Origin: Massalongia carnosa
Taxonomy: Eukaryota
Length of the DNA: 64,000 bases
Assembly: GCA_965645245.1 (NCBI GenBank)
Contig: OZ287084.1
Coordinates: 1,426,001-1,490,000 of the forward strand
Direction of reading: 5' to 3'
Part shown: piece by piece, positions 24,412-35,360 of the stretch
Numbering within the stretch: position 1 is the first letter of the stretch
Layout of the letters: each line of letters starts with the position of its first letter
The notes under the pieces: generated by a model
What the model was told of the DNA's origin: nothing
The model's input: the letters and a program-made list of their open reading frames with translations, nothing else
Database searches by the model: none
Position numbers and translations under genes: made by a program

Positions 24412-25287
24412 GAACAGGGTTTTATGGTGAGGGGGTCGTAGACTGGAGAAGGGTTTTATCTGTCAAATAATTCGGTATTGTAAATGAGACAGAGTGAATG
24501 AAACACATTCACATGACGTTACAGCTGCACGACAGAGTGGAAGGTCATCCGCCTCGCTTTTACTTTCTTCCGATCAACTTCTCGTGGGTTCTCTCTGCAT
24601 TCCGAAAATGGTCTAGCACGATTACGGATCCTTTCCTCTTTTTTATTTTTGTTTTCCATCGTTGTTTTCAGCGGTACTATTTTGCTTCGCGTCACAAAGG
24701 ATCAACGACAATGTCTTGCGATTTGGATCCTTCACACACCACTACAGATATTGACTCACATCATTTAGACTATCACGACTGTCACGACTGAGCATCAGTT
24801 TTATAATCAACTTTTTTCATCTCAAGGACAGATTATCAAATCTGTTCTGGTTGGTGTGTTAGGGCTAAGGCTGATGACTGTAATATGACTGTACATCACG
24901 GGTTTTGGCTGTTACTTTTGTGGCTACTGTGGCGACCGTGGCGACATTGACTTCTGTGGCGACTGTGGCTAGAGATCTTGATGATTGTTGTATCCCGGCA
25001 AAGACAGAAACTCGCCTCAACCGGGACCTAGTCTAAGGAGTATTACTCTATGCTGAGGGCAGAGTACAGAGCATGAAAGAAAATTATACCACAGAGTACG
25101 AGTTACAGATTCCTTTTCGGATGCTTTCTGTACGGTATGAGCCTGATGATACAATTCTCAAAAGTTCGCGAAGATCATGTGTCAGCGTGCATTTCCACAC
25201 CCTCACAAGACAACTTGGGTGTCGAACATATTGTAGGCAATCACAGACTGACAAGATGTTCCAACCTAGTGCGCGGTTCCTTCAAGT

Positions 25288-26775
25288 ATGAACGAGCCCA
25301 ATCATGAAATAACCCAAGCTCCGGCCATCGTGCAGCTTCGATACGAGCCCTCTACGCCGTCAACAATCCCCCGTCCTGCCCTCCATCGCCGTCACAAAAT
25401 CAAGTTCAGACATCCGGGATATCCCGATGATTTCGAGCAGAACATTCTGCTGTCCCTCTACGCCTTTGATCATTCCACCGGTGGGCTGCATCATGGCACA
25501 GCGCATCTGGCCTGTGCCGTGGTCGCGGGAAACACCTGGAATGGATTTTTCACCGAGGAACGTGATGGGCCCAAGTTGGTGAAGAGCTCGGAAGAGTTGC
25601 TGCTGGGGAAAAGTTACTACTTCCATGTGCCCGGGGAGGATATGGGCGACTCGTCGTCGCGAGGGGAACACTACAAATACGCCGTGTATCCGTCGTTTGA
25701 ACACTGGAATTTTCCTCACTCAAATCTTCCACCCACATGGCTCATGCCTTCCTCGCCCACCTCCGAAGCCTCCAACGAAGATCCTTGCACCTTTGCACCC
25801 CCATCGGCATCGAATCTCACCGCCGCGATTCTTCGTCGCGACAACTCGTGCCGAGTGTCACATCAGCGAGACTACATCGAACGGACGCACCTTTGCCCTC
25901 GAACCGAGTTCGACTGGTTTCGCGGCAATGCAATGCAACAGTACAATGACAGTCAAGGGCTCGGGGATGACTACCTGCTGGACGACATCTCCAACGCTTT
26001 CGCTCTTCGCGCCGACATTCACTGCGCATTTGACGATCGCAAGTTCATCGTGGTGCCAAAACTGAGCCATTGGGTCGTGCACTTCCTGCAATTGACATGC
26101 GATTTAGGGTCCATGTATCACAATCAGATCATCACGCTCGACTCCGGGATCTCTCCCCTCTTCCTTCTGGTCAGATTTGCCTGGGCGGTGTTCCCGCTGG
26201 TGAAAACCTTCCTAGCTGGGCCAACGCCACGGCTGGTACGCCTTCGGGTACAAGTGGACAACCGGCTTGCTGAAATCACGAAAACCGTGGACGGGGAAGA
26301 ACTAATTCAGCTGAACAATCCTGCCAGAGCGAGAAGTATGAGCCCAAAGAAGCGCAAGGCCGCTTCCGTTGCGGGCAACAGTGGCGTCCAAGCCAAACGA
26401 TGCCGGTGGTTATCGTTCACCGCTACCCCTTCCATCATGTCACCACCATATCTAGATTCTCTCGCACTCGGTCATTCATCGACCACCAACTCATCGTCGA
26501 TGATTTCCCCTCTTTCATCAACCAATTTACCCAAAGTCCAGCCCAAAAAACCATACATGACTGATATAAAGGCTCAGTGGATACAGAAGCAGCGACTGGA
26601 AAACACCACGCTACTGTGCTGCGACTACAACGCAGCAGATGCCGTGGTTCGTACAGGTGCCGTTGGCAAAAGGGAGTTGGGAGGGGCACATCTGTGCGTA
26701 GAATGTCTGGGCGCCGAATATAGGGAGGAGAGCGTCGTGGCGGAGAATCTTGATGATGAAAACGAGGACGGGTGA
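25288..26775 (+). CDS. Fungal HNH-endonuclease-domain protein (HNH_2-like), 495 aa, intact and intronless
   Basis: RDNSCRVS...THLCP...DDISNAFALRADIHCAFDDRKF HNH core; N-terminal FRHPGYP...GGLHHGTAHLACAVVAGN module; SPKKRK NLS-like motif. Confidence 0.85.
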   Translation: MNEPNHEITQAPAIVQLRYEPSTPSTIPRPALHRRHKIKFRHPGYPDDFEQNILLSLYAFDHSTGGLHHGTAHLACAVVAGNTWNGFFTEERDGPKLVKSSEELLLGKSYYFHVPGEDMGDSSSRGEHYKYAVYPSFEHWNFPHSNLPPTWLMPSSPTSEASNEDPCTFAPPSASNLTAAILRRDNSCRVSHQRDYIERTHLCPRTEFDWFRGNAMQQYNDSQGLGDDYLLDDISNAFALRADIHCAFDDRKFIVVPKLSHWVVHFLQLTCDLGSMYHNQIITLDSGISPLFLLVRFAWAVFPLVKTFLAGPTPRLVRLRVQVDNRLAEITKTVDGEELIQLNNPARARSMSPKKRKAASVAGNSGVQAKRCRWLSFTATPSIMSPPYLDSLALGHSSTTNSSSMISPLSSTNLPKVQPKKPYMTDIKAQWIQKQRLENTTLLCCDYNAADAVVRTGAVGKRELGGAHLCVECLGAEYREESVVAENLDDENEDG

Positions 26776-27610
26776 AATGCGATAAGTGAGAAATATATTT
26801 TGACGTTTTTCGACCAAAATAAGGATTTATTCAATCATGATAATCTCTTGTATTTGTCAAGTCAACGTGACTCGTTTCTTCATTAATTGATTTATATATG
26901 AATTAAAATATCTAAATGTCAATACGCGTATATACATACGTGCATCGTTCAACGAAATAAATTAAACTCGTTTAATTATTCAAGTTAACTGTCACGGTTC
27001 AACCACATCCACCCAAGGCCAATCAGAGGAAAGTACGGCATCTGCCGGCGCACTAACCGCATCCGTTACTCAACCCTTTTAGCAATCATAGGGGCAATCA
27101 ACGGAGGTCTAAAAGGACTGAAAGGAACGCATCGGAACGACCTTCTAAAGCAACATAAATGGATGAAAGGGACAAAGGACAGAAAGACTGTTTGACCAAA
27201 CTGTTGTGGAAGGAGGAACTGGGTGGTGTGCGTGGTCCACTACTGCTAGGAGTGCAAGAGAACAAACAAACAAGAGAAGAACAGAACAATAGAATAAGAA
27301 CAATAGCTAGACTGATCACTGTAAGCCTCGCGCCTCGTGCCTGATGCCTCGTGCCTGTGAACTGTATGTGTTGATGCTATGTGTTGTAGCTATTGCTACG
27401 AGCATGCTTGCTCTAAAAGGAAAAGAACTATCTATAACTAAACTAAAAGAAAGACTGTCACCTGACTTCCCCGCTACCTTTACCGAGTATCAGCCGAAAA
27501 GAACCAACTCCCGAACCGCTAGCAATTTGAATTTAGAGTATCACCGCTCCACCCCCCTACATAGTTCCCCTCTCTCTTTAGGTGTCGACCCCTGACACCT
27601 ATCACTGTTC

Positions 27611-28126
27611 CTACTCCAGCGTTCGCTTCATTCCGGCCTCAGCAAACACTAACTCCTCCTCATCCAGCTCGGGTCCCGGAGTCGTATCAATGTCATCAGA
27701 GATGTGAGGAATAGGCCTGCCATGTGACTCTCGCTTTAACCGAAAAGATGATCTAGTCCCAAAGTCCTCTTCCTCTGCTTTCTTCACATGCTGAAACATA
27801 ATAATGGCCTCCTTTAGTGTCCGATTCCTCCATTCTCCAACTGCCCGTGACAGTTGGGCCATATCCACCTCCTCAATAACATCTTCTCGTTGAGCTTTGA
27901 ACTCTTCTTCTTTCATCACCGAGGCCCAGGCATCATTCTGTATGACATAGTCATAATAGTCCACTATGCTATCCCCTAGCATATGCTGGAACTCTATTAG
28001 CTGCGATTCTATGGTCCTCTGTCCCTCGTATCGGTCTGCTGGGGTCAATGTCTCAAGAAAAGCTAGTGCGTCTGTCATGTGGTGGAAGCGGTCATTTCCT
28101 AGGACAATGACTAATTGGAAAGACAT
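27611..28126 (-). CDS. Extra acidic ORF (171 aa) between gypsy-2 pol and its 3' LTR, function unknown
   Basis: ATG-initiated, same sense as pol, helical and acidic composition. No recognised motif. Confidence 0.45.
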   Translation of the reverse strand: MSFQLVIVLGNDRFHHMTDALAFLETLTPADRYEGQRTIESQLIEFQHMLGDSIVDYYDYVIQNDAWASVMKEEEFKAQREDVIEEVDMAQLSRAVGEWRNRTLKEAIIMFQHVKKAEEEDFGTRSSFRLKRESHGRPIPHISDDIDTTPGPELDEEELVFAEAGMKRTLE

Positions 28127-28483
28127 GCCAAAAGATGTAAGGCAAGTAAGGTAAGATAAATTGTTCCAAGTTATCGAGTAGCTTGCTGACTTTCGCTTAG
28201 ATAAGAAGTTGAGCTTAGCAGAGATGTTTGCTGATAGGAAGATAGTATATGTGCTGATCAGGTAGGTAGTAAAAGCTAGATAATTTGCTGAGTTCTGGTA
28301 GTATGGAAAAGGTAAAACATGGAGGTGAGGATTCGGAAGATGGCAATTTCGACTAAGGTTGGTGAAGTTTTCGGTGAATTTTGGTAAGTGTGAAATGAAA
28401 CTATTCCGAAGGTTCGTGTGCTTCCTCCGCTGACAATATGCATTTTACTAAGGAAATTCGTTCGATATAGGTAGTCGGATATG

Positions 28484-31400
28484 TCAATTTTCCACCGTCT
28501 CCATCGCATCAGCACGTCTGCTAGGAATCACTACTGCCATTGGCCAGCCAGGTGGAATCATGGACTGTCGGTCGTCCTCGTCCCCCCCATGGTTTATAGT
28601 CGGCCCCTGACTATTATGTTGCTCAGGTTCTTCTATCGGAGGTAAGTTAATATTTTGCCGAGCATGAAATGGTTTCAGTCGATTTCCTGTAAAGGTTCCA
28701 GCTAATAGGGTGCCGTCTAGTTCACCTAGTTTGTAAGTTCCCTTATCAACAATTGTTTGTTGAATTTTATATGGTCCTAACCACCTGAAAGTTAGTTTGC
28801 CTGTGTGCTGATTGTCTAATTTAGTGTCGTGCAAAAGAATTAATTGACCCTCGGTGAGTTCAATTGATCTCAGATTGTTCAGAGTGTCAAAGGTCTCTTT
28901 GCCTTCCATTCTTTGTCTTTGCAGGAATAAATCTGTCTCTTCCATGTCTTCATCCCTTCGCTGTATTTGTCTCGCACGCATAGCTAGCAATTCGTCTGTT
29001 GTATGAACTTCATTCCATGGTAATATTCTCCATGTTGGAATTTCCAGTTCAATTGGTAGAACAGCCTCATTGCCGCTATTCAGATAGAAAGGTGTGTTGC
29101 CGGTGCTAGCATGAACTGTTGTCCGGTCGGCCCATAGTACTGCAGGAAGATTATCAACCCATTTGCCCATGCCTCCATTTGTCATTTTGGATAATGCTTG
29201 AACAACTGGCCGATGTCCCCGTTCTATCATGCCATTGGCTTGCGGATGATAGGCAGAAACAACTACTCTTTTGATACCATATCGATTTGCTAATTCGATA
29301 ACAGCATCTTTGTTTTCTGGTCCACCATCAACAATCAGTTTTCCGAAGCACCCATGTCTGCATATAACATCTTCCCACAAGAATCTCGCGACATTCTGAG
29401 CGGTAGCTTTTCCTAGTGCTCTACCCTCGACCCATCCGGAAAAGTCATCTCTGGCCATAACAATATAGTGCTTGCCTCGACAAGCTGGCATGTGTACCAC
29501 GTCTAAGCCAACCTTCTGCCACATGAAGGTAACCCATGTCGGATGAAGTGCTTCCTCGAGCCTAGTGGGGTCACGTTTCTGACATTCCTCGCAGGACCGA
29601 ACATAGCCTTTTACATCATCGTGCAATTGTTCCCACCAGTACCTGTCTGCTATGCGTCTGTATGTGCCCTCTCTGCCTCTATGTCCACTTTCGTCATGTA
29701 GCTGTTTCAATATTTCCAACTTCCGCTCATCAGAGTCTATCACTCGCCTGGAAGGTACGTTCTTGCTGTTTCGTCTATAAAGATGGCCATCTTGTACTCG
29801 ATAGCGCAAGGCCTCACTCTTAAACGCCCTAAACTCTTTGCGGTTTAGTCCAACCGGCTTTTGTAGTGATGTTAGAAATGCAGCGATTCTCTCGGACTTA
29901 TCACTATATCCGGCCTTTAGCACTTTTTCGTCTGGCACCTCGTCTGCGGAGTTAACGGAAATTGGACAGGCCCTTAGTGAATTCAGTTCGGCATCTATGA
30001 AGTCGTCTATGTCTTGCTCCTGCTGTTCGGCCCGAATTTCTTCCTCAGTATGAGGTCGTCTAGACAGTCCATCTGCTGCCGTATGTTTCGGCCAGCAACA
30101 TGTTTGACCTCGAAGTCAAACAGTCGTATCCATGCTATCCATCGGACTATCAGAGCACCAGGCAAATCGGTACAAGCTCCATTCAATTGCGCCACTAGGA
30201 CGTTGGCGTCTGTCTCCAACACAAAGTGAACTCCATATAGCCAGTGCCTTGTCTTTTTCAATGCCTTTAGAACGCCTCGACACTCTCGCTTGGTTGCATC
30301 ATATCGCTGTTCCACCTCGCTCCATACTCCGCTTTCGTACCGAATGGGGTGACGCTTGCCATCAAAGATTTGCATCAGTACAGCGCCCCATCCTATCAAA
30401 CTCGCATCCACAGCCAATATGATAAGTCCAGCTAGCTCGCTATAGTCAATGGTCTTTAGTGCTGGCGGAGATGTCAGAGCTATATTCAGCAAGTCCATTG
30501 CCTCGGTTTGTTCCATGCCCCATACAAAAGCAGCATCTTTCTTCAGCAGACGATATATTGGTTCAGCAACAATGGCAAAGTCCAATATCCATATGCGATA
30601 GTACACACACACACCTATAAAAGCACGAGCGGAAGAAGCGTCGGTGCATATCGGCCACTCTAGAATTTTGATGACCTTAGCGGTGTCCGGATGTCTGCCA
30701 TCGGAGTCGGTCACAAATCCTACTATCTTCAGACCGGCCATGCAAAATTGCGAATTTTCTCCGGAGATAGTGCACCCAGCCCTTTCTATGTCCGCAAGTA
30801 CCCCATCTAGCCACGTGAGATGTTCAAGCACGTACTTTCTGATGCCCGGTGCCACTTCTTCACCACCATAGTCAGTCTTCGGCCCCTTCACTCCGATGTC
30901 ATCAAGGAAAGGTTTAGCACGATTCGGAATGTGGTCCTGCAGTATCTTTGTCACTACCCGTACGAACTGTGCAACCGAATTGGTAGCTCCCATTGGTATA
31001 GATGTCATTCGCAATAGTCCTATTGGTGTCATGAAGGCGGTCATGTCTCGACTATGAACATCGAGTTCCATTTGGTCATATCCTGAAAACAAGTCGATCA
31101 AGGAAGCGATGTGGCAGCCAGCAAAGTCCTCTGAGAATTCGTCTACCGAAGGTGGCAGATTTGCGTCTCGGATGGTCACTTTGTTCATGTCTAGGGCCGC
31201 ATTAATTAATCGGTACTTATTTTTCTCTTTCTTCTTCACTATGAACCATGGATTTCGATAGGGACCATGACAAGGTCCCAACGTTCCTCGCTGCAGTCGG
31301 TCCTTCAGCATCTCTATCACCATCGGTACCAGGGCCCTTGGCAATTGGAATGATGGGGTCTGCCATGCCTCATGTGGAATGGTGTTGATTTTACATGGTG

Positions 31401-32048
31401 GAGACACCTCAGGTTTGACTCTGCCCATCTCGGAAAACTCCCATGACAGCGCTGCTTCTCGGTTGTATAACATCTGGGTCAACACTTCTTTCTCAGCAGA
31501 CGTCATACTGTCGCCCACTGTCATTCGCTGCAGCCGTTCCGGTGTCAATCGTGAACCCTTGAATATTGTCGAGAACTTTGGAATCAGCCAAGCAGGAAAC
31601 TTTTCTGACTTTGTAGACCTCTCTCTTTCTCTAGCGCCTTCGCCTTCCAATCTGCCATTCCACCAGGTATGGTGCCATCCGACTGGTCAGAATTCACTGG
31701 TCGAACTTTTACCGCTTTCCGCTTATACGCCGTGTCAACTCTCACCGTACTCCGCTTGCCGAACACTCTGTTTTGATTGATTGTATATATGTCGAATTTT
31801 CGAGAGAACCTTAGAGAGGAAAGTCCGACCGAGCCAATTGAACGCGACGGTGTAAAGGCGCGAATATAGTGATCCATCGCTGCCACTTCCGCAATAGTCG
31901 CTGAGGGAGTAAGGGCTATTTGATTTAACAGGCCCGGCCTGTTAAATGGAACGGAAGAACCACTTTCCGGAAGTCCTACCCTAACACTCGATACTTTCGC
32001 TCTCTCCAGGTTTTTACCACCACTACCAACCATGGACCTGTTCTGCAC
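28484..32048 (-). pseudogene. pol: gypsy-2 pol (RT, RNase H, integrase), frameshifted
   Basis: IDLFSGYDQ and PFLDDIG RT motifs, LAVDAS RNase H, H-x4-H..C-x2-C and DDE integrase, WLGPY. Frame breaks near 31600 and 30000. Confidence 0.9.
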
Positions 32049-32059
32049 ATGGTGGTTGG

Positions 32060-34875
32060 TCAGTTTAAATTCTCCTCTCGGCCCTCCGGAAACAGGTCCT
32101 CTGCAGTACGATTTTTACTAGTTGAGTCAGAAGTTGCGGTGAATTTGGCAGCTCGGTTTCCCTCCTCCGCATGTATAGTACATTCCACCTCGTTATTCTG
32201 ATAATCCATATCGACACGCATCTGATGAAGGTAAGGTTGGCCCAACACTAATTGATGATCCGCAGCGTCGATGACAAATATGTGATTGAGCGACACTATT
32301 CCGCCAATATTAACCTCAACGTCCTCACATACACCTAGGAATTCTTTCCGGTCTCCAGTATGAGAAATAAGATTGATATTGGGATAGGGTCGCATAGCTA
32401 GGCCTTCACGCTTGGCCACGTTGTACGTCATCACATTCACTTCAGCGCCGGAGTCTAGGAGAGACTTATACCTGTTGCCATCGCCGATCTGCACTTTGGC
32501 CTTTGGTGTTGACCTCGTGTAGGCCCTGCGAAGTCGCGGGTCCCGAATGCCAATTGAACCAATTTTTACCGTTGGACCCTCTGTCTTTTCCGGTTCGGCA
32601 TTCCGTGTCATCTTATTGACCACCGGTTTAAACGTAGGCATCATGGCCATCAGATTTCCATAGGTCAGTCCTCCAGCACCAGACAAAGGTATTTGCAAAC
32701 AACGACTCTGTATTAGGTCCATGTTGAACTCATGTTTCGCGATCCGTAGAAACTCTTCGGTGCCCATCTGTTCTATCGCAGACCGAACCTCCTTTCGGAT
32801 GGGGCCTGTCGGAACCCCGACCCCATGTTTCTTTCCTTTGCCGCCGCCGCTGCTACTACGGAGGCGGCTAGCTGGGCCCGCCTCCGTCATGGTCACATCT
32901 TCTTCCAAGGGTCGGCGAATGTAACACGAGGTTCAGTCGCATGAGATTTATCAGTTACAATTGAGCTAGGTGGCCTTGATTGGTCAGAGTTGTCACTCCG
33001 ACGTTCTACCGAGGCAGGAACCGGGTTCCAACTGCCATATCTGGGTGCTTTCGGTACTGCGAACTTGTCCTCGCGTTCAGCCCTGCGTTTCAGAATTCGC
33101 TTAGCTGGCTCCCTCCAGCTCTCCTCGACAGGCTTCTGTTGTTCCGTTCTAGCTGAATTGACAGAGGTGGTGTCGATGATGGTCACCTCAGGGTCCCATT
33201 CTTCATCAGATGAATATTCGTCCGCGCTATCCTCGCCAATTCGAACTGAGTGGACATCAGCACTTTGGTCCGCATGACTGAATTGATTGGCCAGCATTTT
33301 TGCGCGCCTAATGGACTCCTTCTGTGTCACCCCGGGCACATGCCGAATGGGATTGGAATATGTGCCCATCGGTCCTAGACATAACAACCCTCGCTCATTC
33401 AGATGAATAACACCATTCCGCTGGTCGGCATCAAACTCCAGGCAGTTCCTCCGCCTATCATGGGTCTCCTTCTCTCCACAGTATGTGCAGGAATCCTCCC
33501 CTCCATACTGACGGTCATTCGGTTTCTGGCCATCATAAGGTGCCTGTCTACCAGGTGACTGTGAACGGTTCCGAGTCTGCTGACTGTTCTGATTGGCTGG
33601 ACGGGCCTGAGTTCCCGCCATCAGGACCAGCGCATCAAACCTTTCGGTTAAACCGGCAATAGCCTTCTCCGTGGACTTCGACAAACTAACGGTCGAACTG
33701 TCTGCAACTGGTGGGGTAAGTGAATTCATAATATTTTCATGACCATCCAGCACTATCTTCCTATCAAATTGATCGGCTAGGGCACTATATTTGTCAGTAA
33801 CACTCTTCTCAGTCCGCATCACCTCTTTATATTTGAGCCTCGCCTCCACTAGTCCCAATGTCTTCTTCACCAATCCATCAAAGTCCTTCATCACATTATC
33901 GTCAAAATCAACACCTCGGCGGAAGAAAAACTCCTCGCGTACGTCCTTGGGAAGGCCCTGTAGGAACCACTGATTGCGTGTATAAATATCTAGCTTTTCC
34001 TGACCAATTAGGACTTTGGATATGGCCCCGAACTTTCGGCAAAAGTTTCGCACGTCATCTTCACTAGTACGTTCCTTGTCCTTGTATGACTCCAAAAACG
34101 CTCGAGAATTCACCTGCTGAATACTATCACCAGCCTTATACTCCTTCTTCATCACCTTACATAGCTGAGCCCATCTTCTTTCCACAAAGTCAGGTAGTGA
34201 CTCCACCGTCTGTCCAATTAGCATGTCACAATAGCGGGGTAACCTACGAATCTTTTCATTGTTCCCGACGTGGTAGTCTTCGCACATGTCTTCATACCTA
34301 CTCAAGAACTCCGACACATTTTTACCTTGAAAGAATGGGGTCCCGGGAGTCCCTGGCTGAGGCATGGTCATCACAAACCCGAAGGGCCCTGCAGACATAG
34401 CAGGTCTATTCCCAGAGTACTCGGGACTAGTCGTAGATGGAGTAGCCATGTCGCTGATTGTTGCACCACTAGACTGATTTTCGATTGTAGATATGGTAGC
34501 CGACGATGAACTCTCACACTCAGGTCGAGTCGGTGGGCTAGTTTGGACAGCAGTCTCAGTAGCAGGTTCAGTATGCTTGCAGGTAGTAGTAGCAAGTCGC
34601 TCAAGTATAGGTAGGAGGTGTGTAACGATTTTCGAAAGAAGAGCTGTTGTTGTTTCCTTGTCCTCTCTATTCGACTGACAACAGTAGTGATGACAGTGCG
34701 GGCTAGTAGGATGAATGTATGGTGGAGGTAGGTCCGAAGGCCTGTTATGCTGATATGCTTTGTGCTCGACACTGTCTGAACAGGATGAATAAGGTGAAAA
34801 AGATGGATGAAATGATCTGTTGAAGATGGGCAGTGAGGCAGCTTTTATGCCTCCTCGGTGCCGTTCAGTCGCCAT
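32060..34875 (-). pseudogene. gag: gypsy-2 Gag-protease ORF1, frame break near 32900
   Basis: PFFQGKNVSEFLSRYE gag N-terminus, CTYC...H....C knuckle, LLDSGAEVN aspartic protease. The true start is probably near 34450. Confidence 0.85.
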
Positions 34876-35360
34876 GGTCTCGATTCCGGATGGCCTTCGG
34901 GCAGGAATGCGGTACTCTCAGGCTTTTTGCCCTGATGATCAGTTGAGATGATTTACGTCTTGACCAGATGAGGTGAAATGAATGGCATTGATCTATAGAT
35001 GATTTTCTAGCTAGGTATGCCGCCAGGGGATAGATCAAGAGATGTCTCCGAAGGAAGAAAGAATGTGGGGGATGAAGACTTTTTACCTGTGCCGCGGTGG
35101 CAATGTCATGTGACGGGCATGTGACGGGCCCGTTGACCAATGTTGGTTAATGCCAGTATCCCTCTCGCTGTCATTCTAGCACCCCCCTCCCAAGCTAATC
35201 TATATTGGACTAGCTTCCGCACCGATGAGTCATCAGAACATTAGTTTTCTCTAGAGTGTTTGCGCGTTTGTTTACTTTTCAAAGAATACTATTCGGTCAT
35301 TCAATCAAAATAAATCACATAAATTACTATTCTTCTAGCTTCGGAATTGATATTATAAGT

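Noticed and set aside
27098..27595. Short ORFs duplicated at 43848-44378
   Set aside because: They are incidental frames within the two gypsy-2 LTRs.
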